Of a DNA stretch of 59,357 nt, positions 17,255 through 28,030 are shown piece after piece (position 1 is the first letter of the stretch; each line of letters begins with the position of its first letter). Below the pieces are notes generated by a model, which saw nothing but the letters and a program-made list of their open reading frames with translations, did no database searches and was not told the origin of the DNA. A program made the position numbers and the translations under genes. The DNA lies in assembly GCA_964569945.1 (NCBI GenBank), contig CAZMWI010000001.1, positions 23,565-82,921 on the forward strand. Reading direction: 5' to 3'. This DNA comes from an uncultured Ignavibacteriaceae bacterium (GTDB lineage: Bacteria > Zixibacteria > MSB-5A5 > GN15 > PGXB01).

Positions 17255-18334
17255 ATGTACTTTTCATTACCACAGGAATACCGCGAGGCGCCGGTCGCCG
17301 ATCTGAAAGAGCGCGTCCGGGCGGCCAAGAAGAAGCTGGGCGACAAGGCCATTATCCTTGCCCATCACTATCAGCGCATGGAGGTGGTCGAGTTTGGTGA
17401 TGCCGTGGGCGATTCCTATGGTCTTTCCAAGATCGCCGCCTCGCAGAAAAACGTCGAATATATCTTCTTCTGCGGCGTGCATTTCATGGCCGAGTCGGCG
17501 GATATTCTTACGGACGACAGTCAGACGGTCTTTCTACCGAACCCGCTGGCCGGATGCCCCATGGCCGACATGGCCGAGATGGCCGACGTCATGGAAGCGT
17601 GGAAACTTCTTGAAGAGTTCGGCGGCGATGAGAAAATCCTCCCGATTTCATACATGAACAGCGCGGCGGGGCTGAAAGCCTTCACCGGTGAGCACGGTGG
17701 TCTGATTTGCACGTCGTCCAACGCCGACGCCGCCTATAAATGGGGCTTTTCAAAAAGAGAGAAGCTGTTTTTCTTCCCCGACCAGCACCTCGGGTACAAT
17801 ACCGGCCTTAAGTATGGTCTGAAGCCGGAGGAGATGGTTATCTGGGACTTTTCGCGAGATGACGGCGGCCTGACAATGGACCAAATTGCCAAAGCGAGAG
17901 TGATTCTCTGGAAGGGTCACTGCCACGTCCATACCAATTTCAAGGCGCAGCACATCGACGAGACTCGCAAGCAATATCCCGGCGTGAAAATAGTCGTGCA
18001 TCCGGAATGTCCGCCGGAAGTGACTCAAAACGCCGATGCCAACGGCTCGACCAGCTTTATCGTGAAGTACGTCAAGGAACAGCCTGCCGGATCTGTTATA
18101 GCTATCGGAACCGAGATCAATCTGATTCATCGTCTGGCGCACGAATACCCCGACAAAAAGATTTTCGAACTTTCCGGGCAGACGTGTCCGGCCTGTGCCA
18201 ATATGTATCGTACGACGCTTAATGACCTGGCGTACTGCCTCGAGAATTTCAAAGATATCAAGCCTATCCGGGTCAAGCCGGAAATCAAAGCCAAAGCCCT
18301 GCTGGCTCTCGAGCGAATGCTCGAAGTGCACTAA
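17255..18334 (+). CDS. nadA: Quinolinate synthase
   Basis: A 359-aa protein with ILAHHYQ, FCGVHFMAESA and the CPACANMYRTT cluster-ligand region typical of the NadA long form. Confidence 0.92.
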   Translation: MYFSLPQEYREAPVADLKERVRAAKKKLGDKAIILAHHYQRMEVVEFGDAVGDSYGLSKIAASQKNVEYIFFCGVHFMAESADILTDDSQTVFLPNPLAGCPMADMAEMADVMEAWKLLEEFGGDEKILPISYMNSAAGLKAFTGEHGGLICTSSNADAAYKWGFSKREKLFFFPDQHLGYNTGLKYGLKPEEMVIWDFSRDDGGLTMDQIAKARVILWKGHCHVHTNFKAQHIDETRKQYPGVKIVVHPECPPEVTQNADANGSTSFIVKYVKEQPAGSVIAIGTEINLIHRLAHEYPDKKIFELSGQTCPACANMYRTTLNDLAYCLENFKDIKPIRVKPEIKAKALLALERMLEVH

Positions 18335-18359
18335 GATTAAAAATAAGTTTTACTCTATT

Positions 18360-19253
18360 TTATAAGACGCGCTGCTTGCGCAATGTGACTCGCTCTGAGA
18401 ATTTGACGATCAGTACTCCGGAAATAATCAAAATACCACCCAGCCATTCGATTGGTGTCGGTAGTGAACGCAAAAACATCAGGGCGAAGACTGCGGTGAA
18501 CAGGGGAGTGGACTGCGTAAAGAGCGCGGCGCGCGATATGTTGATTCTTTTTAAAGCTTCGATATAGGTCACCCGACCAAGAACGGGAAGCAGCAGCGCC
18601 CCGACAAATGCCCATAGCAGAGTCATACTGTCGGGAACAGTCAAAGACTGTCCGGCAATTTTAAGAATTATATAAAAAATCCCGACCGCGAAGATATTCC
18701 TGAAAAAGACAAAGCGCATGGTGCCGATGATGCGGATGAATTTCTTGACCATAATCTCCGCTATAGCAAAGAAAAAGGCCGAGAGGATCATTAACGATGC
18801 GGCCTTCGATACTTCCAGCGTAGTCCTATATTTTAAAATAAAAACACCGGCTACGGCGATCAGTCCACCGAGCAGTTCGTATTTCGTGAGGCGTTCCTTT
18901 AGAAAGAAGTACGCCAGGATTATTGTCAGAATTATTTCGAAGCGGGATAAAAACGATACCGTCGCCGGGTCGATGATTTTTATGGCGTGGAAGAAGGTGT
19001 ATATGCCAAAGGAGAAAAACAGGGTAAGAAAGGCGATAAGTCCGAACGCTTTCAAATCAGTGGTCAGGACTTCGCGGCGGATGTTTCCATTGGCTAAAGA
19101 CAGTACGGAAATAATAACGGCGGCGACAAAGAACCAGAAATTAAAAAGCTCCGTGGAGACGTCGACAAGGCCGACCTTGACTACGATATTGCCCAGACCA
19201 CAGACGACGGCGCAGGCGATCGCGCTGAAATCTCCCACACGTTCAGGTTTCAC
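18360..19253 (-). CDS. DMT-superfamily (EamA-like) transporter
   Basis: A 297-aa protein with about 10 TM helices in two EamA-like halves. Confidence 0.8.
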   Translation of the reverse strand: MKPERVGDFSAIACAVVCGLGNIVVKVGLVDVSTELFNFWFFVAAVIISVLSLANGNIRREVLTTDLKAFGLIAFLTLFFSFGIYTFFHAIKIIDPATVSFLSRFEIILTIILAYFFLKERLTKYELLGGLIAVAGVFILKYRTTLEVSKAASLMILSAFFFAIAEIMVKKFIRIIGTMRFVFFRNIFAVGIFYIILKIAGQSLTVPDSMTLLWAFVGALLLPVLGRVTYIEALKRINISRAALFTQSTPLFTAVFALMFLRSLPTPIEWLGGILIISGVLIVKFSERVTLRKQRVL

Positions 19254-20061
19254 TCGAATTCCTCGATGACAGGTGACGAGATCGTTGCACTACGTACAAT
19301 ACTATTCCGCCGATAATCATAAATATCGCCATGATCTGATTCCAGGTGGCTTCTATGCCGAAAATGTTGACCATCATATCGGGTTCGTAATAGCGAACGT
19401 ATTCGATCGCAAAGCGAAAACACGCTTCGAGAATCAGCAGCCACGCGATGATTTCACCATCGAAGCGTTTGCGCTTTAGTTTCCAGTGCAGGAATGCAAA
19501 TAAGATCAGGCCGTAAAACGAGCTGTAAAGCTGTGCCGGGTGTATCGGTATGCTGCCGAAAACAAACCAGGGTGTCGATCCCGGCGGAAAAGTGACGCCG
19601 AGGAAGCTGTCGGTCGGCGTTCCGAAACAGCACCCATTCAGAAAACAACCGATTCGAGTAAAAATCAAACCGAGTCCGATGGTCGGGGCGAAAAAGTCAA
19701 GAGTTCGGAGAGTTTTCAGGCCGGTTCGCTTCATATAGTACAGCGCGAGAAGCAGGCCGGTGATGACGCCGCCGTACATATTGAGCCCGGCGATACCGAA
19801 CTGATCGCTCTGAAACGGATTGATAGTGTCCAACCAGTGACCGGTAAATTCCTCAAGATGAAACAGGACATAAAACAACCTCGCCCCGAACACGCCGCCG
19901 AGGATCATGATGTACGACAGAATCAGAATCCGCGAGAAATTCAGCTCAGTGCCTTTCGCCACGGCATAAACGTACCAGACGCCGAATATAAAAGACAACG
20001 CCAAGAGCGCACCATAGCTGCGAATTGTCACGGAACCGATATGGAATATTTCAGGATGCAT
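19243..20061 (-). CDS. lgt: Prolipoprotein diacylglyceryl transferase
   Basis: Shows the Lgt pattern IFHIGSVTIRSYGALLALSF, GARLFYV and IHPAQLY. I prefer the start at the second ATG (MHPEIF), although the ORF-track maximum start is 20085. Confidence 0.9.
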   Translation of the reverse strand: MHPEIFHIGSVTIRSYGALLALSFIFGVWYVYAVAKGTELNFSRILILSYIMILGGVFGARLFYVLFHLEEFTGHWLDTINPFQSDQFGIAGLNMYGGVITGLLLALYYMKRTGLKTLRTLDFFAPTIGLGLIFTRIGCFLNGCCFGTPTDSFLGVTFPPGSTPWFVFGSIPIHPAQLYSSFYGLILFAFLHWKLKRKRFDGEIIAWLLILEACFRFAIEYVRYYEPDMMVNIFGIEATWNQIMAIFMIIGGIVLYVVQRSRHLSSRNSSET

Positions 20062-20755
20062 CGCGCGATTTGCTCTTGGAGGCACCTTGTATGATTAAGA
20101 CAATTTCACCCTTGAGGTTGCGAGTGCGCGCCGTTTCGAGAAGTTGTTCGAGCGGGCCCCGAATGAACTCCTCATGTATCTTGGATAACTCGCGCGCAAT
20201 GCAGCCGTCGCGATAACCCAGCACTTCAAGGCAATCGGCAATGGTTTTCTCGATGCGGTGAGGGGATTCATAGAAAATTAGCGTATGCTCCAAATTGGCC
20301 AGCTTTTTAAGGCGATTCTTTCGGGTGCCGGATTTGGGCGGTAGAAAACCCTCAAAGAAGAACCGGTCCGGCGGCAGGCCCGACCCGGTCAAGGCTGGTA
20401 TCAGGGCGTTGGCACCGGGCAAAGGCGATACCGTTATGTCATTTTCAATGGCGGCGCGAATGATGCGATAGGCGGGGTCGGATATGCCGGGGGCACCGGC
20501 ATCGGTTATAACCGATATATTACCCCCGCCGTTCAGGACTTCAAGGAGTTTCGGCAGGCGTTTTTGTTCGTTGAAATCGTGATAGCTTATGGTCCGGGCA
20601 TTAATGCCGAAATGCTTGAGCAGGCGGCCCGACGTGCGCGTGTCTTCGCAGGCTATCAGTTCAGAACCTTGCAGCGTCTCGATCGCCCGGGTTGTCATGT
20701 CCCCCAGATTACCGATGGGCGTCGGTACGAGGTATAGCGTGCCTTTTCTATTCAT
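20051..20755 (-). CDS. rsmI: 16S rRNA (cytidine1402-2'-O)-methyltransferase
   Basis: A tetrapyrrole-methylase-fold protein with the GTLYLVPTPIGNLGDMT N-terminus and ISDPAYR motif. Confidence 0.9.
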   Translation of the reverse strand: MNRKGTLYLVPTPIGNLGDMTTRAIETLQGSELIACEDTRTSGRLLKHFGINARTISYHDFNEQKRLPKLLEVLNGGGNISVITDAGAPGISDPAYRIIRAAIENDITVSPLPGANALIPALTGSGLPPDRFFFEGFLPPKSGTRKNRLKKLANLEHTLIFYESPHRIEKTIADCLEVLGYRDGCIARELSKIHEEFIRGPLEQLLETARTRNLKGEIVLIIQGASKSKSRDAS

Positions 20756-20838
20756 GAGATAACTCCCGCCGTTATTTCAAGGCAAAATACCGACTTAATT
20801 TTTGCAGGCAAGCAAAATCCAATCCGTCAATAAGATGA

Positions 20839-20867
20839 TTGACAGCCGAGGCGCCTCGGCTTATATT
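20839..20867 (+). promoter_or_regulatory. Near-consensus sigma70-type promoter for ssb with a perfect 16-bp palindrome filling the spacer
   Basis: TTGACA (20839-20844), 17-nt spacer, TATATT (20862-20867). Spacer positions 20845-20860 read GCCGAGGCGCCTCGGC, which is its own reverse complement. Confidence 0.55.
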
Positions 20868-20905
20868 TGACCATCAAAACTCAAGCCTAACATGAGGAAG
20901 TAAAT

Positions 20906-21331
20906 ATGGCAGGCATCAATAAAGTTATCCTGATAGGAAACCTCGGCAAAGACCCGGAACTCCGCTATACGCCGAGCGGGACGGCCGTGGCGTCGTTTTC
21001 ACTGGCGACGTCGGAAAAATGGAAAGACCGCGACGGCAACATGCAGGACAAAACGGAATGGCATAACATAGTGGTTTGGGGCCGCCAGGCCGAAATCGCC
21101 AAGGAATATCTGGCCAAAGGCCGTCAGGTTTATATCGAGGGCCGCATTCAGACGCGCAGCTGGGACGACAAAGACGGCAACAAACGGTATACGACCGAAA
21201 TTATCGCTCAAAGATTGAATTTCCTCGGCAGCCGGGGAGACCAGGGCGGTGGTGGATCGAGTTCAGATACGCCTCCGGAAGCGCCGCCTCCGGGCGATCT
21301 TGGTGCCGAAGATGACGATCTTCCGTTCTAA
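20906..21331 (+). CDS. ssb: Single-stranded DNA-binding protein
   Basis: The OB-fold N-terminus is [21 protein letters not shown]. It is followed by a Gly-rich linker and the canonical acidic tip DDDLPF-stop. Confidence 0.96.
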   Translation: MAGINKVILIGNLGKDPELRYTPSGTAVASFSLATSEKWKDRDGNMQDKTEWHNIVVWGRQAEIAKEYLAKGRQVYIEGRIQTRSWDDKDGNKRYTTEIIAQRLNFLGSRGDQGGGGSSSDTPPEAPPPGDLGAEDDDLPF

Positions 21332-21358
21332 ATTCCAATAAGAATAAAAGAAGATATA

Positions 21359-21388
21359 AGAGGAGCCTTAGAGCTCCTCTAATTTTTT
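21359..21388. terminator. Intrinsic terminator for ssb, overlapping the 3' end of convergent lpxD
   Basis: An 8-bp stem, AGAGGAGC (21359-21366) pairing with GCTCCTCT (21373-21380), loop CTTAGA, then AATTTTTT. Confidence 0.6.
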
Positions 21389-22315
21389 GACCCGTTTGAA
21401 AAGCTCCGGAAGGCGGCTCAGACACGCCTCTATTTTCATGGCCTTTGTAGCTTCCCGCGCAGGAGAGCCGAAGAAAACCTTTCCGCTTGGAACGGACTTG
21501 GCAACACCTGACTGTGCGCCGACTTGAACGCCGTCGCCGATTTCAATATGTCCCACCAATCCCACTTGTCCCGCCAGAATGACCCCACTGCCCAGCTTAG
21601 TGGATCCGGATATGCCGACCTGCGAGACGATAATGCAATTCTGACCGATTTCGACGTTATGAGCGATCTGGACGAGATTGTCGATTTTGGTCCCACGTCC
21701 GATTTTGTTCGGCCAGAGAGCGCCGCGATCCACGGTCGTATTGGCCCCGATTTCGACGTCGGAATCGATTTCAACCCAGCCGACCTGCTTGACCTTTTTA
21801 AGGCCCCTTTCGTACGGTGCAAAACCGAATCCGTCGGCCCCGATAACGACGCCGCTGTGGAGGATGACATTGTCGCCGATTTTGGAGCCGTCGAGGATAG
21901 TGACCCGGGGATGAATTTTGCAGTTGGCGCCGATAGATACGTTATTTCCAACGTAGCAAAGTGCACCGATAGATGTTCCTGATCCCATGATAGCGGACTT
22001 TTCAATCACCGCAGTACTGTGTACATTATGGGTCTGCTGAGCGTCAGGGTAAAGGTGATCGAGGATCAGGGCGAAAGCATAGTATGGGTTTTTATGCCGG
22101 ATTATCGGGCGGCGGGTCGTTTCGGTTTCGTCAGACAAAACGACCGCCGATGCGGCGGTCGTCTCAAGAAACTGACTGTATTTTTTGTTGGCAACGAATG
22201 TAATGTCGCCTTTTCTGGCGGTCGCTATAGGCGCGGCGGTTTCTATGATTGTTTCAGCATCACCTTCGAGTTTTCCGCCGACCAGATCGGCCAATTCTTT
22301 GAGTGTTGTCCCCAA
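21368..22315 (-). CDS. lpxD: UDP-3-O-acylglucosamine N-acyltransferase
   Basis: The N-terminal [15 protein letters not shown] matches LpxD. The body is a long left-handed beta-helix of hexapeptide repeats. It lies downstream of skp and bamA, as in many diderms. Confidence 0.9.
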   Translation of the reverse strand: MGTTLKELADLVGGKLEGDAETIIETAAPIATARKGDITFVANKKYSQFLETTAASAVVLSDETETTRRPIIRHKNPYYAFALILDHLYPDAQQTHNVHSTAVIEKSAIMGSGTSIGALCYVGNNVSIGANCKIHPRVTILDGSKIGDNVILHSGVVIGADGFGFAPYERGLKKVKQVGWVEIDSDVEIGANTTVDRGALWPNKIGRGTKIDNLVQIAHNVEIGQNCIIVSQVGISGSTKLGSGVILAGQVGLVGHIEIGDGVQVGAQSGVAKSVPSGKVFFGSPAREATKAMKIEACLSRLPELFKRVKKLEEL

Positions 22316-22326
22316 AGAGCACCCGT

Positions 22327-22854
22327 CTATTCTTCCAGCGCTTCGAGGATTTTATCGGTGATGTCGTAATCCTGACGCGCATACGCCAGACCGCTGGAGT
22401 TGAAAACGAAATCGTAATTGTTTTCAGTCGCCACACGTTCGATGGCATTGTTTATTTTTTCTAGTAATGGCCGCACCAGTTCGGCATTACGAGTCTCGGC
22501 CTTGCCGCTGGGACCGAAAATCTGTTTGGTAAAAGCATCGAGCGCCTGTTTTTTGGCGTCAATGGCAGCTTCGCGCTCTTTTTTCTTTTCCGGAGAAAGA
22601 ATCAGCTTTTGTTTTTCGTATTCAGTCTGAAGGTCTTCCAGTTCCTGCTGCATCTGCTGGCCCTGGTCATCCCAGGCTTTGTATTCGGCGTTATAGTCGT
22701 CTTGTGCCTTCTGCCATTCTTTATAACTGCTGAATATTTTGTCCGAATCGACATAGCCGAATTTACCAACCTGTGCTCCGGCCGACGCGGCAAAAACCAA
22801 TAACAAAGCCAATGCCCCCAGCCCCATTAAAAGCCCGTGTTTTCCCTTCATCAT
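22327..22854 (-). CDS. skp: OmpH/Skp-family periplasmic chaperone
   Basis: A 175-aa protein with a signal peptide and a Lys/Glu/Gln-rich coiled-coil body. It lies between bamA and lpxD. Confidence 0.85.
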   Translation of the reverse strand: MMKGKHGLLMGLGALALLLVFAASAGAQVGKFGYVDSDKIFSSYKEWQKAQDDYNAEYKAWDDQGQQMQQELEDLQTEYEKQKLILSPEKKKEREAAIDAKKQALDAFTKQIFGPSGKAETRNAELVRPLLEKINNAIERVATENNYDFVFNSSGLAYARQDYDITDKILEALEE

Positions 22855-22896
22855 TATGACTCCTTTTATTGAATTTATACCGTTTACAATTTAAAA

Positions 22897-25410
22897 CTAT
22901 CTGATTGTTGTTCCAATCTGGAAATGCGGTTTCCAACCTCTGTCTTGTCCTTCCCGGCTATCGAGGGGGTACCCGAAATCGAATCCAAGCGTGCCTATGC
23001 CGGGCACGACCAGCCGGAATCCGAAGCCATAGCTGCGGTAAACCCGGTTCGGCTTATAGTCGGACAATTCCAAAAATGAATTTCCGGCGTCCGTAAATAA
23101 TAAACCGTAAAGCTGTTGCTTAATCAATGGAATCTGCAGTTCGAGATTTCCGACCAGCATATATTTGCCTCGCACACGCGCCCGGGAAGTTGTTGTGTAA
23201 GTATCTTCGAGTCTGATGGTCGAATCCGGATTGTGGTGAATTTCATTTACGACAATAGTCTGAGTCGTGTCGGGCGTTAACGATCCGCTTTCATATCCAC
23301 GAATGACGCCGTCATAGTCGGTTCCTCCGGGTGAGAACCGGTCGAATTCCAGGATTCGGTGATCACCTTCGGGTGAAGTGATGCCCCCCATAGTCAATTT
23401 TCCGGCCAACGCGATGTCACCCCAAACGGGAATGAATTTGGCCAGGGATAAAGTATGTTTCTGATATTCCCAGTACCCGCCCATGATTCCGCCAACGAGT
23501 TCGAAGGAATAGGATATCTTTGAGCCCGACGTCGCGAATTCCGGCAAGTTCCGGCTATCCCGGGTAACGGTAAACTGAAGACTCGATGAGGTCTTCCAAC
23601 GCTCGTTAAATTCGAGAAGGGAACCGGGATATGGGGCTCCGGTTAAAAATGTTGTATTCGCGTCAGCGATTACCTCGCCGGTCGGATTTCCCTGATCATC
23701 CACGACCAAAGAATCATATATCAGTTTGGTTAGATGAGAATTGGCGTATCTGTATGCGTCGCTGAAATTATAAAATCGATCGTCCTCAAGTCTGTATTGC
23801 ACATAGGCGCGGGTATAATTGTCCGGCCAGCGCAAACGTCGCCCGACCTGAATCGCCACGCCCCGGCGACCTTCCGTATAGTCGGTGAAATAATCCCGGT
23901 TGGAAAGATACAGGTCAGTCCCCAGCGAGGTCGGTCGCCCGAACAGCCACGGCTCAGTAAATGATATCGAATATGAATTGGTCGATGCACCGGCATCGAT
24001 ATTGAAGTTCAACGTCTGTCCCATACCCCGGAAATTAGGAATCCCCATGCCGAACGTCCCGACGAATTTATCGCGGCCGTTGTATCCGGCCCCGGCGGAA
24101 ATCGAACCCGTTTGCTTTTCCTTGACTTTCATGATGACGTCGATGTCACCGTTGGGCAGGTCGATAAAATCAGGCAGGACTTCTTCAAAATAATTCAAAG
24201 CCATAACTTCGCGAACCGAACGGAGCAGGTACGACCGGTGAAAGACCTGTCCGGGACGGGTCGGCATCTCGCGGCGGATGACGAAATCCTTGGTCTTGGT
24301 ATTACCGATGATATTGACCAGGTTGACTTTCGAGGGAAGCCCTTCTACAATATCGTAGTTTATGTCGATAATACTGTCGCGGGTTTTGAAATCATCCGTC
24401 ACACGGGTGTGCAAATAACCTTTTTCCTGATATGCGAAATAGACTTCCATAGTCGACTTATCGAACTTATCGCGGTCAAAAATGTCGCCTTCTTTGTACT
24501 TTACGAGCTTATCCAATAAATCCGATGATAAAACTTCATTACCAGCCCAGTGCGTTTCACCGAAGTAATATCGCGGACCTTCATAAACGTCGAGATATAT
24601 GGTCATGCGATTTCTGGTCGAATCGATTGTCATGGAATCGGATTTTAAATAAGCGTCAACAAATCCATTGTCGTGCAGATAGGCGATTACTTTGTCGAGG
24701 TCCTCGGGGTATTTTTCTTTATCAAAATTGGAGGACTTCAAGAAGCCGCGCTTGCGGTTGCGCATTTTGCCTATAATCTTTTTGGCCGGAGTTATGACGG
24801 CTCCGGTAAGAACCACCTTTTCCACTTTAACCTTGGAGCCTTCGTGGATTTTGTACACCAGCGTGGCCGAAGTGGAATCATCGTTGTAATCCAGCTCATA
24901 GTTGACTCTGGCGAGAAAATACCCTTTTTCACCGTACAGGTCCAAAATCTTATTGCGGTTTTCAAAAATCAGATTCGGAGATAAATAGCGCCCGACCGAC
25001 AGATCGAGTTTTTCCTTAAGATCATCCTTGCTTATTTTATCATTGCCTTTAAACTCGAGGTTCTGCAGACGGGGCAGTTCGACCACTTTGAATATGAGCT
25101 TGACACCACCGGGGACCTCTTCGGCGTCTACCTGAATGTCTTTAAAAAATCCCAGCTTATACAGGCGTCGTACGGCCGCGGGAATGACATTGGATTTTAA
25201 TTCATCGCCCGGTTTCAGGTTTATGACAGATTGAAGCATATCGGTCGTGGCAGCGTGGTTGCCTTCGATCTGAATGTCGACGATATTATATGACTGTTGT
25301 GCCGAAACGCCGGGGCAAAACAGAGCCGCCAAAACGGCAATCAAGATAAAAGACCGGAATATAGGCAATCCCGGTCCGGCGATTTTTATGCGCAAATGCA
25401 ACTGACTCAA
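22897..25410 (-). CDS. bamA: Outer membrane protein assembly factor BamA (Omp85)
   Basis: An 837-aa protein with a signal peptide, POTRA-like repeats (IVDIQIEGN..., LQNLEFKGN...) and a C-terminal Omp85 beta-barrel ending in an aromatic-rich strand. The proposed TTG start overlaps the rplU stop, so the exact start is uncertain. Confidence 0.9.
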   Translation of the reverse strand: MSQLHLRIKIAGPGLPIFRSFILIAVLAALFCPGVSAQQSYNIVDIQIEGNHAATTDMLQSVINLKPGDELKSNVIPAAVRRLYKLGFFKDIQVDAEEVPGGVKLIFKVVELPRLQNLEFKGNDKISKDDLKEKLDLSVGRYLSPNLIFENRNKILDLYGEKGYFLARVNYELDYNDDSTSATLVYKIHEGSKVKVEKVVLTGAVITPAKKIIGKMRNRKRGFLKSSNFDKEKYPEDLDKVIAYLHDNGFVDAYLKSDSMTIDSTRNRMTIYLDVYEGPRYYFGETHWAGNEVLSSDLLDKLVKYKEGDIFDRDKFDKSTMEVYFAYQEKGYLHTRVTDDFKTRDSIIDINYDIVEGLPSKVNLVNIIGNTKTKDFVIRREMPTRPGQVFHRSYLLRSVREVMALNYFEEVLPDFIDLPNGDIDVIMKVKEKQTGSISAGAGYNGRDKFVGTFGMGIPNFRGMGQTLNFNIDAGASTNSYSISFTEPWLFGRPTSLGTDLYLSNRDYFTDYTEGRRGVAIQVGRRLRWPDNYTRAYVQYRLEDDRFYNFSDAYRYANSHLTKLIYDSLVVDDQGNPTGEVIADANTTFLTGAPYPGSLLEFNERWKTSSSLQFTVTRDSRNLPEFATSGSKISYSFELVGGIMGGYWEYQKHTLSLAKFIPVWGDIALAGKLTMGGITSPEGDHRILEFDRFSPGGTDYDGVIRGYESGSLTPDTTQTIVVNEIHHNPDSTIRLEDTYTTTSRARVRGKYMLVGNLELQIPLIKQQLYGLLFTDAGNSFLELSDYKPNRVYRSYGFGFRLVVPGIGTLGFDFGYPLDSREGQDRGWKPHFQIGTTIR

Positions 25411-25727
25411 TTTTCCGGCGATACTATCTTCTTGATTTTCAATTCCGTGTATTTTTGACGATGCCCCCGGGTGCGGCGGTATTTAGTCCGCCGGCGAAAT
25501 TTGTAAACGGTTACTTTTTCGGCCAGACCCTGCGCGATGACTTCGGCTTCGATTTTAGCCGAATCGAGGTAGGGAAAACCGGCCAGGGCGTTTTCACCGT
25601 CTTTAATGAGCAGTACCCGGTCGAGGGAAACGGTGGCTCCCGGATCGGCAGAAATAAACGGGACTTTCACAGTAGCACCTTCTACGGCGTTGAACTGGAG
25701 CCCCCCTGCTTCAAAGACTGCATACAT
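25407..25727 (-). CDS. rplU: 50S ribosomal protein L21
   Basis: The 106-aa sequence MYAVFEAGGLQFNAVEGATVKV...VYKFRRRTKYRRTRGHRQKYTELKI is typical of bL21. Confidence 0.93.
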   Translation of the reverse strand: MYAVFEAGGLQFNAVEGATVKVPFISADPGATVSLDRVLLIKDGENALAGFPYLDSAKIEAEVIAQGLAEKVTVYKFRRRTKYRRTRGHRQKYTELKIKKIVSPEN

Positions 25728-25960
25728 TCTATGTCCTCCAAATCTTGCTATCTATAGCCTGACAGTAAAGCCGTAAACTTAACCATTTTACGGCGTTAGT
25801 CAAGCTAAAAGTGTCGTGCTTTCGTGAGTGTTTATTGTCTCCCATCAGTCTGCATTTTAAACGTTTGATTGGTTTCTTCGTCCCATAATTATATGTTTGA
25901 ACCGGGTGCGTGGTTCGATTGTTTTATAAAGTGATTGAAATAAAGGGACTTTGATATATA

Positions 25961-28030
25961 TTGAGAGCTTGCGTGGACAAACCAGAAACCCAAATAAAAC
26001 AGGGAAGCGGGACGGCTTTGAGCCGCGAGGATAAAACTGCATTCAAGCTGGTTTCATCTTATGAGCCGCGCGGCGACCAACCGGCCGCGATCGACCAACT
26101 TGTGGCCGGTCTGAATCGCGGCGACCGACACCAGACTTTGCTGGGAGTAACCGGGTCAGGGAAGACTTTCGCCATCGCCAATGTTATCGCTCGCTATGGT
26201 CGTCCGACCCTGGTGATTTCGCACAATAAAACTCTGGCGGCCCAGCTTTACGGCGAGCTGAAATCTTTCTTCCCTCACAATGCCGTCGAATTTTTTATCA
26301 GCTATTACGATTATTATCAGCCGGAGGCATATCTACCGACTACGGATACTTATATAGAGAAAGACACATCGATGAACGAGGATATCGACCGTCTCCGCCT
26401 GCGAGCGACAGCCTCGCTTCTGGAGCGCGATGATGTCATAATCGTGTCGTCGGTTTCCTGCATATACAGCCTGGGGTCGCCCAGGGAATACGCCGAACAA
26501 TTGTTATTTATGGAACTGGGCCAGGAATTTGAGCGTGACCGCATTATCAGGGCTCTGATAGACATTCATTATAACCGCAACGATATCGACTTTTCGAGAG
26601 GGAATTTCCGTGTCCGGGGAGACGTTATCGAGTTGATCCCGGCTTATCAGGAGACGGCTATACGAATAGAATTGTTTGGCGATACGATCGAACGCCTGAC
26701 CGAATTCCAACCGCTGACAGGTGAAATTATCTCCGAGCGCAATAAGATAGCCATTTATCCGGCCAAGCACTTCATTACGAGTCGTCCGCAGATGGAACAA
26801 GCGGTGATTACCGTAAGAGCCGAACTGGAAGAGAGGCTGGCGAATTTCCGAGCGGCGGGAAAATTGCTGGAAGCCCAAAGGCTCGAATCGCGGACCAATT
26901 ACGATCTCGAAATGATGCAGGAGATAGGGTATTGCAGCGGTGTCGAGAACTATTCGCGGCATTTGACAGGACGCAAACCGGGTGAGAGGCCGTACACTCT
27001 GATCGACTTTTTCCCCGATGATTTCGTCACCATAATCGATGAATCCCATCAGACCATTCCGCAGATAAGGGGTATGTTTGCCGGAGATCATTCCCGCAAA
27101 GAAGTCCTGGTCGAACACGGTTTCCGGTTGCCGTCGGCTCTGGACAACCGGCCGCTCTTTTTCGATGAATTCGAAAGCCTGACGCAAAAGACAATATATG
27201 TCTCGGCGACTCCGGCCGACTTCGAGCTGGAGCAATCGGGCGGGGTGATTGTCGAGCAGGTCATTCGTCCGACCGGTTTGTGCGATCCGGAAATATCCAT
27301 AAGGCCGCTGGCGACACAGGTCGATGATTTGATCGATGAAATTCGCCGTCGAGCAGAAAAGAAAGAGCGCATTCTCGTCACGACCCTCACCAAGCGTATG
27401 GCCGAGGATTTGGCCAATTACCTGAGCAAAATAAATATCCGGGTTCGCTACCTTCACAGCGAAATCGACGCCATTGACCGGACCGAAATCATTCGAGATT
27501 TAAGGCTGGCCGAATTCGACGTCCTGGTTGGAATAAACTTGTTGCGCGAAGGATTAGATTTGCCGGAAGTGTCTCTCGTAGCTATATTGGATGCGGACAA
27601 AGAAGGATTTTTGAGATCGGAGAGATCGTTGATACAGACGGCCGGACGGGCTGCCCGCAATAAGAACGGACAGGTGATTTTTTATGCCGACAAAATTACC
27701 GATTCGATGAAGAAAGCTATCGACGAAACTGAACGCCGCCGCACCCGGCAGATGGCTTATAATAAAGAACACAATATTGATCCGGAGACGATTTTTAAAA
27801 CGCGGGACGAGATTCTTCAGGCGACAAGATTCGCCGATTCCAAAACGCCGGAAACCGAGGAATTCGATAAACCGGATCATTTCGTGCACATGACGGCCGA
27901 AGACCAGATTGCATTTTTGATGAAAGCGATGAACAAGGCCGCGCGCAACCTCGAATTCGAAACGGCGGCCGCGATACGCGATGAAATAAAAAAGATCAAA
28001 TCCGATTTGAAAAACAGGCGCAAAAGGTGA
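25961..28030 (+). CDS. uvrB: Excinuclease ABC subunit B
   Basis: Contains [17 protein letters not shown], Walker [10 protein letters not shown], helicase motifs and a C-terminal UVR domain ([15 protein letters not shown]). The start codon is uncertain: TTG at 25961 or GTG at 25973. Confidence 0.95.
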   Translation: MRACVDKPETQIKQGSGTALSREDKTAFKLVSSYEPRGDQPAAIDQLVAGLNRGDRHQTLLGVTGSGKTFAIANVIARYGRPTLVISHNKTLAAQLYGELKSFFPHNAVEFFISYYDYYQPEAYLPTTDTYIEKDTSMNEDIDRLRLRATASLLERDDVIIVSSVSCIYSLGSPREYAEQLLFMELGQEFERDRIIRALIDIHYNRNDIDFSRGNFRVRGDVIELIPAYQETAIRIELFGDTIERLTEFQPLTGEIISERNKIAIYPAKHFITSRPQMEQAVITVRAELEERLANFRAAGKLLEAQRLESRTNYDLEMMQEIGYCSGVENYSRHLTGRKPGERPYTLIDFFPDDFVTIIDESHQTIPQIRGMFAGDHSRKEVLVEHGFRLPSALDNRPLFFDEFESLTQKTIYVSATPADFELEQSGGVIVEQVIRPTGLCDPEISIRPLATQVDDLIDEIRRRAEKKERILVTTLTKRMAEDLANYLSKINIRVRYLHSEIDAIDRTEIIRDLRLAEFDVLVGINLLREGLDLPEVSLVAILDADKEGFLRSERSLIQTAGRAARNKNGQVIFYADKITDSMKKAIDETERRRTRQMAYNKEHNIDPETIFKTRDEILQATRFADSKTPETEEFDKPDHFVHMTAEDQIAFLMKAMNKAARNLEFETAAAIRDEIKKIKSDLKNRRKR

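Noticed and set aside
25900-25930. A tRNA-like GGTTCGATT word upstream of uvrB
   Set aside because: There is no complementary T-stem, acceptor stem or anticodon arm around it. I found no convincing tRNA fold in any intergenic region of the window.
26504-27457. A 317-aa ORF antisense to uvrB
   Set aside because: uvrB is unambiguous on the plus strand, and the antisense product has no recognisable features.
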